Source: Verrucomicrobiota bacterium (lineage in GTDB: Bacteria; Verrucomicrobiota; Verrucomicrobiia; Limisphaerales; CANJXF01). Taken from it: a stretch of DNA of 23,065 nt. The notes under the pieces were generated by a model. It saw nothing but the letters and a program-made list of their open reading frames with translations. It ran no database searches and was not told the origin of the DNA. Location: assembly GCA_038214755.1 (NCBI GenBank), contig JBBQRQ010000081.1:1-23065 (forward strand), in the 5' to 3' direction. Shown one piece after another: positions 1-7,945 of this stretch (positions are counted from its first letter, which is position 1; the number at the start of each line of letters is the position of its first letter). A program made the translations under genes and the position numbers.

Positions 1-334
1 AGAAGAAGGAGCGCAGCGCAGCATCAACCTCCAGATCGAATCCGCGAGCTATGGCGTGCCGCGCGGTCCGACGGGCCGCCGCGTCCTGATCGAAGGCGCG
101 CGGCGAGCCGCGATGGAGATTGCGGGAGAACTGGTCGAGGAGCAGCAACAGGGCGAGCGCTCCCTCCGGCGCTTCCACCCAGGCGTCGAGCCGCCCCGCC
201 GCGGCATCGGCGTGCAGCGCCGCGAAGCGCGCCTGGATGTCGCGATCGAAATCGGCGTCCTTGGAGAACTATTTCGCCGGCCCGGCGGCGCCCCAGAAGC
301 CGAGCACTTCGGCGGGATCGGCGGGCGCCGTCAC
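1..334 (-). pseudogene. DUF924 family protein, runs off window edge, with in-frame TAG at codon 22
   Basis: Manual translation from GTG at 334: MTAPADPAEVLGFWGAAGPAK*FSKDADFDRDIQARFAALHADAAAGRLDAWVEAPEGALALLLLLDQFSRNLHRGSPRAFDQD...RSFF. The LDQFSRN motif is typical of DUF924. TAG at 269-271 replaces the W of the conserved KWF. Not in the ORF track. Confidence 0.8.
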
Positions 335-417
335 AGCTTGACCTTTCCCTCACAGATTCTGCCGTAGAGGTCATCGTCGAGCGGCGCGTAGCATTGCCGG
401 GCAGGATCGAGGAAGTA
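331..417 (-). CDS. C-terminal fragment of a FATP-type long-chain acyl-CoA synthetase (5' part missing)
   Basis: Manual translation YFLDPARQCYAPLDDDLYGRICEGKVKL* resembles the FATP C-terminus. Its TGA overlaps the DUF924 GTG (GTGA coupling). Confidence 0.55.
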   Translation of the reverse strand, partial: YFLDPARQCYAPLDDDLYGRICEGKVKL

Positions 418-418
418 G

Positions 419-859
419 CAAACTGGGAATTCCAGCGCGTGGAGAAAAGGAATCGAGTTGGTAGCCAGCCGAAAAATTACGGATAAATTATCCACGTCGA
501 TCCAACTGGACTACGGTCACGAAGATGCCAACGCGGCTTTGCCTCGAAGTGGAGATGCGAAATGGTATGCGGGCGGTTTCTGGCTGGCCTACGACTTTTG
601 TGAAAAAGCGGGAATTGCGTTCCGCGCCGATTACCTCAAGGACAAAGATGGCGCGCGCACCTCAGGCTCTCCGTTCACCGCGCCCTTTCCCGCGAACACG
701 GGACAGGATTTGTCGAGCTTGACGCTAACGCTAAATTTAAAACCGATCAAAGATTTGCAAGTGCGACCGGAGATTCGATGGGATCATTCGAGCGGTGCGT
801 TGTTCGGTGGACGTTCCAGCCAGGTGACAGCGGGAATTGGCGTTGCCTATTTATTTTAA
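419..859 (+). CDS. 5'-truncated outer-membrane beta-barrel porin (OmpL-like/BBP2), C-terminal part only
   Basis: Frame is open from 419 (QTGNSSAWRKGIELVASRK...). It has amphipathic beta-strands, an RPEIRWDH motif shared with the neighbouring porin (RLEVRWDH) and a terminal YLF. No signal peptide. Confidence 0.75.
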   Translation, partial: QTGNSSAWRKGIELVASRKITDKLSTSIQLDYGHEDANAALPRSGDAKWYAGGFWLAYDFCEKAGIAFRADYLKDKDGARTSGSPFTAPFPANTGQDLSSLTLTLNLKPIKDLQVRPEIRWDHSSGALFGGRSSQVTAGIGVAYLF

Positions 860-872
860 CCGTTTGGTACGT

Positions 873-906
873 AAAAAACCCCTTCCGATTTTCTCGGAAG
901 GGGTTT
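873..906. terminator. Probable bidirectional intrinsic terminator between convergent porin genes
   Basis: AAACCCCTTCCGA-ttttc-TCGGAAGGGGTTT perfect 13-bp stem, with an A6 run on the left (U-tract for the minus strand). Confidence 0.85.
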
Positions 907-922
907 GAGGGTTCTAATTAAA

Positions 923-2107
923 TTAGAATTTGTAGATCAAGTTGGCGGCGATCATGAATTCGTTCTTGACGATGGGAGCGAACGTCGGAGCAACACCGCG
1001 AAACAGATTGCCTCCGTTGGCCGCGTGATCCCAACGCACTTCCAACCGACTAATGACGTTCTGCCATAAGTCGTATTGGACCGTTCCAGTCAACGCGAAG
1101 ATCTTGGGATCACTCGTTCCCGCTGGAAGGAAGGCGTTTGGCACCTGAGCTTTGGCATATTCAGCGCGAACATGAAGGCTCAATTTTTCCGTCGCTTGGA
1201 ATGAAGTATAGAGCGCAAACGCGGCGGCGTAGCCGACACCGGCTCCGGCAGGACCGAAGTTGGATTGGTGATCATACGCCGCACCGAACTTCAAACCAGC
1301 CACCGGTGTCGCAATGGTCGCGCCCAAGTAATAACTGGTTTGGTCATCCTTAGCATTGGCGCCGAAGCCATCGACGATTCCGGCATACAGAGCGGAACCA
1401 GCCAACGCGCCCATACTTTCAGGAGCCGTAATGGTAATGGAACCCATGTAGGTCTTGGCGGATTCTGCTCGAGGGGAGCGAGCATTGATGCCATTCCCTA
1501 CTCCACTTGTATTCGCCACGCCAGCGGAAACGCCAATCATATCAGTGATCTGATACGAAGCGAGAACACCGGTGTGCTCTCTCGGAGTGATGGTGTAGCC
1601 GTAGGATCGGGTATAGTTCGGATTACGATATCCAACGAACGATTCATATCCGACCACGCTGTCGAACACGCCGACCTTGAGGTCGAGGCCATTGCCGACT
1701 GGAGCGCGCAAGGCGATGTAGGCTTGTTTAATACTGAAGTCGCTTGTGCCAGCGCTCTTGGTTGAGGGGTAATAGCCAGTGGCATCCGGTCCAAACAGCA
1801 ATTCAGCTTTGTAACCGGCCGACCAAGTTCCTTCATCCAGCGGTTTTTCCAACGTCAGGTTAACGACATTGAGATTAAATCCGTCCTGTTTTCCAGCGCC
1901 CAGTCCATAGAATGCAACGGGCGGGGCATTATTTGCATTCCCCGTTCCCGGGTTCCAAACTGCCGATACATCAACGTAACCGCTGATGATGGTTGACGAG
2001 AGCGCAGTCATTAATGGGACTGCTTTCTCTTCCGCTGCCTGTGCGACCGATGCGAGACTTACCAGTCCGACGGCCGACAATCCTAACGTCCATTTATTGA
2101 TCTTCAT
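923..2107 (-). CDS. Outer-membrane beta-barrel porin (OmpL-like, BBP2 family)
   Basis: 394 aa. Sec signal peptide ending AQA, ISGYVD, QAY, GYES...NPNYTRSY and HTG motifs, C-terminal YKF. Confidence 0.85.
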   Translation of the reverse strand: MKINKWTLGLSAVGLVSLASVAQAAEEKAVPLMTALSSTIISGYVDVSAVWNPGTGNANNAPPVAFYGLGAGKQDGFNLNVVNLTLEKPLDEGTWSAGYKAELLFGPDATGYYPSTKSAGTSDFSIKQAYIALRAPVGNGLDLKVGVFDSVVGYESFVGYRNPNYTRSYGYTITPREHTGVLASYQITDMIGVSAGVANTSGVGNGINARSPRAESAKTYMGSITITAPESMGALAGSALYAGIVDGFGANAKDDQTSYYLGATIATPVAGLKFGAAYDHQSNFGPAGAGVGYAAAFALYTSFQATEKLSLHVRAEYAKAQVPNAFLPAGTSDPKIFALTGTVQYDLWQNVISRLEVRWDHAANGGNLFRGVAPTFAPIVKNEFMIAANLIYKF

Positions 2108-2201
2108 TTATTTTAGTTCCTCCGATTTTGTTTTTCGTTTTTATGCGTTTTATTTGGATGAAAACAGTTCATCCGCGCACCAAAACGGTGCATTGCGGCG
2201 G

Positions 2202-2231
2202 ACAATAGGACAAAGGCGACTTCTTTGACAA
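2202..2231 (-). promoter_or_regulatory. Putative sigma70 promoter of porin gene
   Basis: Minus strand TTGTCA-N18-TATTGT, about 95 bp upstream of the ATG. Confidence 0.45.
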
Positions 2232-2319
2232 CAAGTTTTTTCACAGTTTTTCCCTCAATAGATATAAGCAACAGTCTGGAAGTGGACGGAGTTGGAAAAT
2301 TTCTAGCCTTACGATCAAG

Positions 2320-2621
2320 GTAGCCGCCGACGTGAGGCGGAGGATTGGGGACATCTTCGTCGGGAACGGGCGCATCTCAGTTTCTGGCAAATCGAGTCCC
2401 CCCTCTCATTAGCACCCGGCTTCAGCCGGGTGAACCGGAACAGATTGCACCCTCAACCGCTTCAGCGGTTTCCCGCCTGGGGCAAACCGCTGAAGCGGTT
2501 GAACTCCCCTCGCGACCTTAACACCCGGCTGAAGCCGGGTGCTAATGAGATTAGGAACGAGCATTGCAAGAAACTGAGAGGCATCCGTCCGGAAAATCCG
2601 CCTCCTCACGTCGGCGGCTAC
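2320..2621. repeat. Inverted pair of GTAG-type REP-like units (family A), interrupted by MITE copy 1
   Basis: GTAGCCGCCGACGTGAGGCGGAGGATT (2320-2346) and AATCCGCCTCCTCACGTCGGCGGCTAC (2595-2621). Confidence 0.85.
2368..2586. mobile_element. MITE copy 1 (219 bp, decayed ends)
   Basis: Ends GGGCGCATCTCAGTTTCTGGCAA / TTGCAAGAAACTGAGAGGCATCC. Flanks GTCGGGAAC / GTCCGGAAA (7/9 identical). Body nearly identical to 6082-6289. Confidence 0.85.
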
Positions 2622-2645
2622 GAGCAGTCGCGTTTCCCAACAGCG

Positions 2646-3578
2646 CTAAAAAGTTTCCGGAACGCCTTCGCGAAGAATTCTCAAATGATGGGTCATTTCC
2701 TGGGCGTGACAAAGCTCGGCCAGCCAGCGAGGCGGCTCGTCCATATCTTCAAACGAAAGCCGAAACGCGCCATAATGCATCGGCACCAGCCATTTTGCTT
2801 TCAAGTCGCGAAATGCTTTGATCGCCTGATCCGGCCCCATATGGACATGCCGAAACGAATCGGGGTAATAAGCGCCAATCGGCAACAGCGCGATGTCCGG
2901 CGGACATTTCCGGCCAATTTCTTTGAACCCATGAAAATAGGCGCTGTCGCCGGCGTGATAAATCCGCCGGCCCTGGTGCTCCAAAATAAATCCACCATAC
3001 CCGCGATGCGCATCGTGCAGTGTCCGCGCGCCCCAATGCTTGCTCGGCGTCAGAGTCACTTTCCAATCTTCGTGCGTGAAACTTTCCCACCATTGCAATT
3101 CAATGATCCGGCCGAATCCGAGATTTTTAGCCAGACTGCCGACGCCCCACGGCATGATGGCGATTTTCGGCGAAGGCATTCTGCGCAACGTCGGTTTGTG
3201 AAAATGATCGAAGTGCGCGTGGCTCAACAAAAGCAAATCAATCGGCGGCAAACTTTCGATTTTTAAACCGGCGCGCTTGACCCGCTTCAAAAGAAAAAGC
3301 CAGTTGGCGAAATTCGGGTCCACCAAAACATTGAGGTCGGTAAATTGCGCGAGAAAAGAAGCGTGGCCGATCCAAGTCAGCGCGATCTCGCCTTTGCTCA
3401 ACTTGGGAAACTTCGGCACGCTGTGTTCACCGGAGCGCGGAGTGAGCAACGCTTTCCAAACCATTTCGTAAAAAAAAGTTCCCGGATTGAAATGTTTGCT
3501 CGGAGTTAATTCTTTGAAGGAGGTGGGTATTTTTTTTCGCGAACGGATGGACGGTTTTCTCACCTGCGCTGGTTTCAT
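2646..3578 (-). CDS. MBL-fold metallo-hydrolase (RomA/NAPE-PLD-like)
   Basis: WIGHAS, LVDP, SHAHFDH (HxHxDH), YHAGDS, LPIGAY and PMHYG motifs. Confidence 0.9.
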   Translation of the reverse strand: MKPAQVRKPSIRSRKKIPTSFKELTPSKHFNPGTFFYEMVWKALLTPRSGEHSVPKFPKLSKGEIALTWIGHASFLAQFTDLNVLVDPNFANWLFLLKRVKRAGLKIESLPPIDLLLLSHAHFDHFHKPTLRRMPSPKIAIMPWGVGSLAKNLGFGRIIELQWWESFTHEDWKVTLTPSKHWGARTLHDAHRGYGGFILEHQGRRIYHAGDSAYFHGFKEIGRKCPPDIALLPIGAYYPDSFRHVHMGPDQAIKAFRDLKAKWLVPMHYGAFRLSFEDMDEPPRWLAELCHAQEMTHHLRILREGVPETF

Positions 3579-3649
3579 TGAAATTAGGAATACAACCTTG
3601 AGAGCAAAAATACAAACCCACGACTTATCGCTGCAAAAAGAAAAACTTC

Positions 3650-4033
3650 CTAAACGACAAATTCGACAAAAGACGGAAAGCGTTTGGCAAACGGTTCGTC
3701 CAGCGTTGCGATTTTAATCCGATGATTTTTAGCCAGCATTGCGAGGTAAGCATCAGTCGTTTGCCGATGACCCTGAGACAAATTGGAAATTTCCGTCGCA
3801 GAAATATCGCATGGGATTAACCGCGAACGGAATTTTGAAACAAAATCTTGCAGCGCCTTGTCGGCCTCTGCGCCGCTCGCGCCCAATTGCATCCAGACCC
3901 GCACGAGATTCAATTCGGTCAGCGGACAAGTGACAACTTTCTCGTAACTCCGGAAAAACTTGTCCGCCACGGAGGACTGACCATGACCTTCCCAGGTAAA
4001 AGCAATCAGAAGATTTCCATCCGGCAAAATCAT
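3650..4033 (-). CDS. vapC: PIN-domain toxin (VapC family)
   Basis: ILPDGNLLIA N-terminus, conserved E (LTE), TTDAYL and ATLD motifs. Overlaps the upstream small gene (ATGA). Confidence 0.85.
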   Translation of the reverse strand: MILPDGNLLIAFTWEGHGQSSVADKFFRSYEKVVTCPLTELNLVRVWMQLGASGAEADKALQDFVSKFRSRLIPCDISATEISNLSQGHRQTTDAYLAMLAKNHRIKIATLDEPFAKRFPSFVEFVV

Positions 4034-4257
4034 AGATCGTCTTCAATCATGCATCGCACATCATCATTGGTAATTTTTGCGCCGCCAACGAAAACAAGCC
4101 GGCCGTCTTGTCGCACCAGTCGCGGTTTTGGCGTAGCCGACGTCTTTACCCGCCGCAACAAGACGGTGTCTTCGCTCTGCGGTTCAATCTTCAACACATC
4201 GCCCGGGTGGAAGGATTTAATCACCGCGCGATATTGATCATCTAAGGTCGTTGTCAT
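4030..4257 (-). CDS. Putative AbrB/MazE-like antitoxin (VapB)
   Basis: 75 aa, TTLDDQYRAVI...PGDVLKIE swapped-hairpin-like pattern, translationally coupled to the PIN gene. Confidence 0.65.
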   Translation of the reverse strand: MTTTLDDQYRAVIKSFHPGDVLKIEPQSEDTVLLRRVKTSATPKPRLVRQDGRLVFVGGAKITNDDVRCMIEDDL

Positions 4258-4316
4258 AGTGCGACACTCCCACGCCAGTCTGGTTTTCGCAAGGACTCCC
4301 GCGCTTTGAGAAATTC

Positions 4317-4377
4317 ACCACAGATGTACAGAGAAAATCCTTGAGGTCTGATCTCTGTGCCTCCGTGCCTCTGTGGT
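4317..4377. repeat. Inverted repeat built from 9-nt units
   Basis: ACCACAGATGTACAGAGA (4317-4334) versus TCTCTGTGCCTCCGTGCCTCTGTGGT (4352-4377). The left arm lacks about one unit. Confidence 0.7.
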
Positions 4378-4418
4378 TTTAATTTGGAAATTATCCCAGA
4401 TTTCTTTTAACTCGCCTC

Positions 4419-5042
4419 GTGTCCAAATTGATTCAACAACTGGAAACTTTCCTGCGCAAAAAACCTTCGCTCGGAAAAAATGTTTACATCGCGCGCGGCG
4501 CGATCGTTCTCGGCGACGTGACATTGGGCGACAATTCCAGCGTTTGGTACAACGCCGTTTTGCGCGGTGACATCAATCGAATCGTCGTCGGCGAAGGCAG
4601 CAACATTCAAGACAATGCCGTCCTGCATTTGGCGGATGATTTTCCGTGCGTCCTCGGAAAATTTGTGACAGTCGGCCACTCCGCCATTGTCCACGCCTGC
4701 GTCATCGGCGACGAATGTTTGATCGGAATGGGCGCGACGATTTTGGACGGCGCGGAAATTGGCGAACAATGCTTGATCGGCGCAAAAGCGTTGGTCACGC
4801 AAGGAACGAAAATTCCGCCCGGCTCGCTCGTCCTCGGTGCGCCCGCGAAAATTGTTCGAGCCTTGTCCCTCGAAGAACGTGCTGGTTTAAAATATTGGGC
4901 GACAAAATATGTCGAGAACGCGGCGTATTGTTTAGAGCACAAAATCAACGTTTCCGAAGCACTTTCCGCAGATGGACAAATTGCCAAGAGTTTTAAACTA
5001 TTGACGAATGAAACTTGGCGCGGCTACAAAACCAGCAGTTAA
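4419..5042 (+). CDS. Gamma carbonic anhydrase family / hexapeptide-repeat protein (YrdA/PaaY-like)
   Basis: LGDV, VLRGD, SNIQDNAVLH, TVGHSAIVHAC and GAPAK motifs. GTG start. Confidence 0.92.
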   Translation: MSKLIQQLETFLRKKPSLGKNVYIARGAIVLGDVTLGDNSSVWYNAVLRGDINRIVVGEGSNIQDNAVLHLADDFPCVLGKFVTVGHSAIVHACVIGDECLIGMGATILDGAEIGEQCLIGAKALVTQGTKIPPGSLVLGAPAKIVRALSLEERAGLKYWATKYVENAAYCLEHKINVSEALSADGQIAKSFKLLTNETWRGYKTSS

Positions 5043-5061
5043 TAAAAAGAGAATTTCTCCC

Positions 5062-5205
5062 GTGAAAAAATCACCGCCTGAACCCGAATCAACGGGCACT
5101 CGCATCGGGGAAAAAGTTCGCGCCAAAGCTAACGGTTATTCAGAGGCCAGGCGGCAAGAACTTTTGCATCGCGGCAGGGAATTGGCGGGAACGCCGATCT
5201 CCTGA
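5062..5205 (+). CDS. Small hypothetical protein, 3' end apparently supplied by a REP-like element
   Basis: GTG start, MKKSPPEPESTGTRIGEKVRAKANGYSEARRQELLHRGRELAGTPIS. The last codons and stop lie inside the repeat starting at 5188. Confidence 0.4.
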   Translation: MKKSPPEPESTGTRIGEKVRAKANGYSEARRQELLHRGRELAGTPIS

Positions 5206-5266
5206 TCGGCTCAGGACAACAGAAATCAAGAATCCCATTTCGAGCCGATCGGGAGATCGGCGTTCC
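5188..5266. repeat. Inverted REP-like pair (family B, GGAACGCCGATCTCC)
   Basis: GGAACGCCGATCTCCTGATCGGCTC / GAGCCGATCGGGAGATCGGCGTTCC, 24/25 complementary. Second copy at 8799-8873. Confidence 0.85.
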
Positions 5267-5326
5267 TGTCCGCCGCGAAGAATTGTCACCGAGTTTTTTC
5301 AGAAGAAAGATCAGCGCCTATCTTAA

Positions 5327-6031
5327 ATGCAAAATCCCATCATCGTTGCTTTGGATGTTCCAAATGTTGAAACCGCGTTGTCACTCGCGGAACAACTGGC
5401 GCCCGTCGTGGGCGCATTTAAAATCGGCAGCGAACTTTTCACCAGTGCTGGCCCGGACATCGTGAAAAAAATTCGCGCAATCGGCGCGGCGGTTTTCCTC
5501 GATTTAAAATTTCACGACATTCCGAACACCGTCGCCAAAGCCATCGCCGCTGCCGTTCGCCTCGACGTGCAGATGCTCACCATTCACAGCAGCGGCGGAA
5601 CGGAAATGATGCGCGCCGCCGAAAAATCCTCCCACGAAACAGCGCGCGAACTCGGACAGCCTCCGCCGCTCATTTTGGGCGTCACCGTCTTGACCAGCTT
5701 CGACAGCAATGACCTGAGCGAAGTGGGCGTGAAAACAAATGTCGGCCAACAGGTCGAACGCCTGGCGAACCTGGCGGTCTCCGCCGGATTGCGCGGCCTG
5801 GTTTGTTCGCCACTTGAAATCGCCAGCCTCCGACAATTTTTATCTCCCGACATTCAACTCGTTACTCCCGGCATTCGCACGACCGGGGAACGATCTGACG
5901 ATCAGAAGCGGACACTTTCTCCGAAGGAAGCGATCGCTGCCGGAGCGAACTGGCTGGTGATTGGCCGACCGATTTGTGGCGCAGAAAATCCCCGCGCTGC
6001 CGCCGAAAAAATTTTAGCCTCGTTGAGTTGA
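5327..6031 (+). CDS. pyrF: Orotidine-5'-phosphate decarboxylase
   Basis: IVALD, FLDLKFHDIPNTV, VTVLTS, VTPGIR, DDQKR and VIGR motifs. Confidence 0.98.
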   Translation: MQNPIIVALDVPNVETALSLAEQLAPVVGAFKIGSELFTSAGPDIVKKIRAIGAAVFLDLKFHDIPNTVAKAIAAAVRLDVQMLTIHSSGGTEMMRAAEKSSHETARELGQPPPLILGVTVLTSFDSNDLSEVGVKTNVGQQVERLANLAVSAGLRGLVCSPLEIASLRQFLSPDIQLVTPGIRTTGERSDDQKRTLSPKEAIAAGANWLVIGRPICGAENPRAAAEKILASLS

Positions 6032-6081
6032 AAAGTGGGATTCGTCGCGGCGATCGACAGAAGCCAGGCAGGGCGCGTCAC

Positions 6082-6289
6082 GGGCGCATCTCAGTTTCTT
6101 GCAACTCTCATTAGCACCCGGCTTCAGCCGGGTGAACAGAAACAGATTGCGACCCTCAACCGCTTCAGCGGTTTCCCGCATGAGGCAAACCGCTGAAGCG
6201 GTTGAACTCGCCTCACGACCTCAACACCCGGCTGAAGCCGGGTGCTAATGAGATTCGGAACGAACATTGCAAGAAACTGAGATGCGCCC
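6082..6289. mobile_element. MITE copy 2 (208 bp), perfect 23-bp TIRs and 9-bp target-site duplication
   Basis: GGGCGCATCTCAGTTTCTTGCAA (6082-6104) / TTGCAAGAAACTGAGATGCGCCC (6267-6289). GCGCGTCAC directly repeated at 6073-6081 and 6290-6298. Internal nested inverted pairs 6106-6134/6225-6253 and 6156-6174/6187-6205. Confidence 0.92.
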
Positions 6290-6351
6290 GCGCGTCACCC
6301 CGTGCGCGCCGATTGGTTGACAAGATTTTTCTGCCGGTTAATTCTCCTGCC

Positions 6352-6891
6352 ATGAAAACAATTGTTCTGCTGGCCGTCGTATTTTTTTCCATGTCTCTTT
6401 TTGCCGAATCGATTAACGAAATCCCGGTCAAAGACATCAACGGAAAAAAAACTTCATTGGATGCTTACAAAGGAAAAGTCCTGCTGGTTGTCAACGTCGC
6501 CTCCAAGTGCGGCCTGACTCCGCAATACAAAGCGCTCGAACAAACTCATCAGAAATACCAGGCGCAAGGATTCACCGTGCTCGGTTTTCCCTGCAACCAA
6601 TTTGGCGGACAGGAGCCGGGAACCAACGAAGAGATCAAACAATTTTGTTCGGGCAAATACAATGTGACTTTTCCGCTCTTCGACAAAATTGACGTGAACG
6701 GGAAAAATCGCGCGCCGCTCTACGTCGCGCTGGCTGGAAAAGAATCGCCCTACCCCGGAGACATCAAATGGAATTTCGGAAAATTTTTAATCGGTCGGGA
6801 CGGAAAAATTCTCAAACGTTTCGAGCCAAAAACTCCGCCTGATGCGCCTGAAGTAATTGCCGCGATTGAGAGCGCGCTCGCTGCAAAATAG
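6352..6891 (+). CDS. Glutathione peroxidase (Cys type) with signal peptide
   Basis: VNVASKCGLT, LGFPCNQFGGQEPG and IKWNFGKFLI motifs. Start re-called to ATG 6352 because the longer ORF begins within the MITE. Confidence 0.95.
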   Translation: MKTIVLLAVVFFSMSLFAESINEIPVKDINGKKTSLDAYKGKVLLVVNVASKCGLTPQYKALEQTHQKYQAQGFTVLGFPCNQFGGQEPGTNEEIKQFCSGKYNVTFPLFDKIDVNGKNRAPLYVALAGKESPYPGDIKWNFGKFLIGRDGKILKRFEPKTPPDAPEVIAAIESALAAK

Positions 6892-6988
6892 GTTTAAATT
6901 TCTCCCTCGGACGCAAAAAGAGAAGGCGCACTTCCAATGCAGAAAGGTAGTTCCTTGGATTCTTCCGCGACCTGGTTGTGGCTGACCC

Positions 6989-7939
6989 ATGAAAAAAAGA
7001 CCTTTGCCCACCGACTTCCACGTCTTGATCGGAATGGTCGCCGTGTTGGTAATTCCATTTGCCCTGACCCTGATGACGATCACCAAACCGCGCGTGCTGA
7101 TTACCGACCTCGCGGCCAATCCCAGTCGGTACGGCTACACTTGGAGCCTCTCACTCTTTATCGTGCCCGTCGTTGTGCTGGCGAGTTGGGTGTCATTGCG
7201 CAAGCCAAACCCAATTCAGAAAAAAGCTTTTTGGATTACCGCCGCGTTGATCAGCGGAGCGGGAATCTTCCTGGACGTTTTTTTCGGATTGAGTTTTTTC
7301 ACCTTCATTAATCACGAGGCGACCCTTGGCATCAACTTTTGGGGCTACGATTTTAGTCAAGGCTGGCAAAAAATAATTCCAATCGAAGAGGTCGGGTTTT
7401 ATGTTTTCGGCGCGCTCGCCGTTTTGCTCGCCTATATCTGGGGCGACGAATTTTGGTTCGGCGCTTACAATCTCGATGACGCCCCGCGCAAAAACAATCG
7501 CGTGCGAGATTTGTTTTGCTTTCATCCGGGCTCGGCCATTTTTGGAGTTGTCATTTTCGCGCTGGGATGGTTCTACAAAAAGTTTGGCGCGCACCAATGG
7601 CACGAAGGTTTTCCGGGCTACTTTTTATTTCTCACCGCCGTGGCCATCACGCCGAGCATTTTATTTTTCCCCGTCGCCAATCGCTACATCAACTGGCGCG
7701 CCTTCAGCTTGGCATTTATTTTCATCCTGTTGGTCAGCCTTTTTTGGGAGACGGTGATTGCCGTGCCGTATCAATGGTGGGGCTTTCAACCGCGACACAT
7801 GCTCGGGTTATTGATCAATGGTTTTTCCAGCCTGCCCGTGGAGGAGCCTCTCCTCTGGATGGCGGTTACCTGGGCCACCATCATTGTTTACGAAACCATT
7901 TACACATTGCTCTTCCTGGAAAAAGCGCCAGTCCACTGA
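6989..7939 (+). CDS. Polytopic membrane protein with two lycopene-cyclase-like (CrtYc/Yd-type) repeats
   Basis: Many hydrophobic helices, with two PxEE motifs (IPIEEVGFY, LPVEEPLLW) each preceded by a D/E-containing helix. Confidence 0.55.
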   Translation: MKKRPLPTDFHVLIGMVAVLVIPFALTLMTITKPRVLITDLAANPSRYGYTWSLSLFIVPVVVLASWVSLRKPNPIQKKAFWITAALISGAGIFLDVFFGLSFFTFINHEATLGINFWGYDFSQGWQKIIPIEEVGFYVFGALAVLLAYIWGDEFWFGAYNLDDAPRKNNRVRDLFCFHPGSAIFGVVIFALGWFYKKFGAHQWHEGFPGYFLFLTAVAITPSILFFPVANRYINWRAFSLAFIFILLVSLFWETVIAVPYQWWGFQPRHMLGLLINGFSSLPVEEPLLWMAVTWATIIVYETIYTLLFLEKAPVH

Positions 7940-7945
7940 CGAACT

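Noticed and set aside
24..374. ORF-track ORFs 24-374(-), 56-367(+), 120-341(+)
   Set aside because: Shadow or alternate frames of the GC-rich DUF924 gene, which the track missed because of its internal stop.
2409..3266. ORFs 2430-3266(+) and 2409-2609(-), and the N-terminal extension of the 6202 ORF sharing NTRLKPGANEIRNEHCKKLR
   Set aside because: The shared peptide is just translated MITE sequence; the remainder of 2430-3266 is antisense to the MBL gene.
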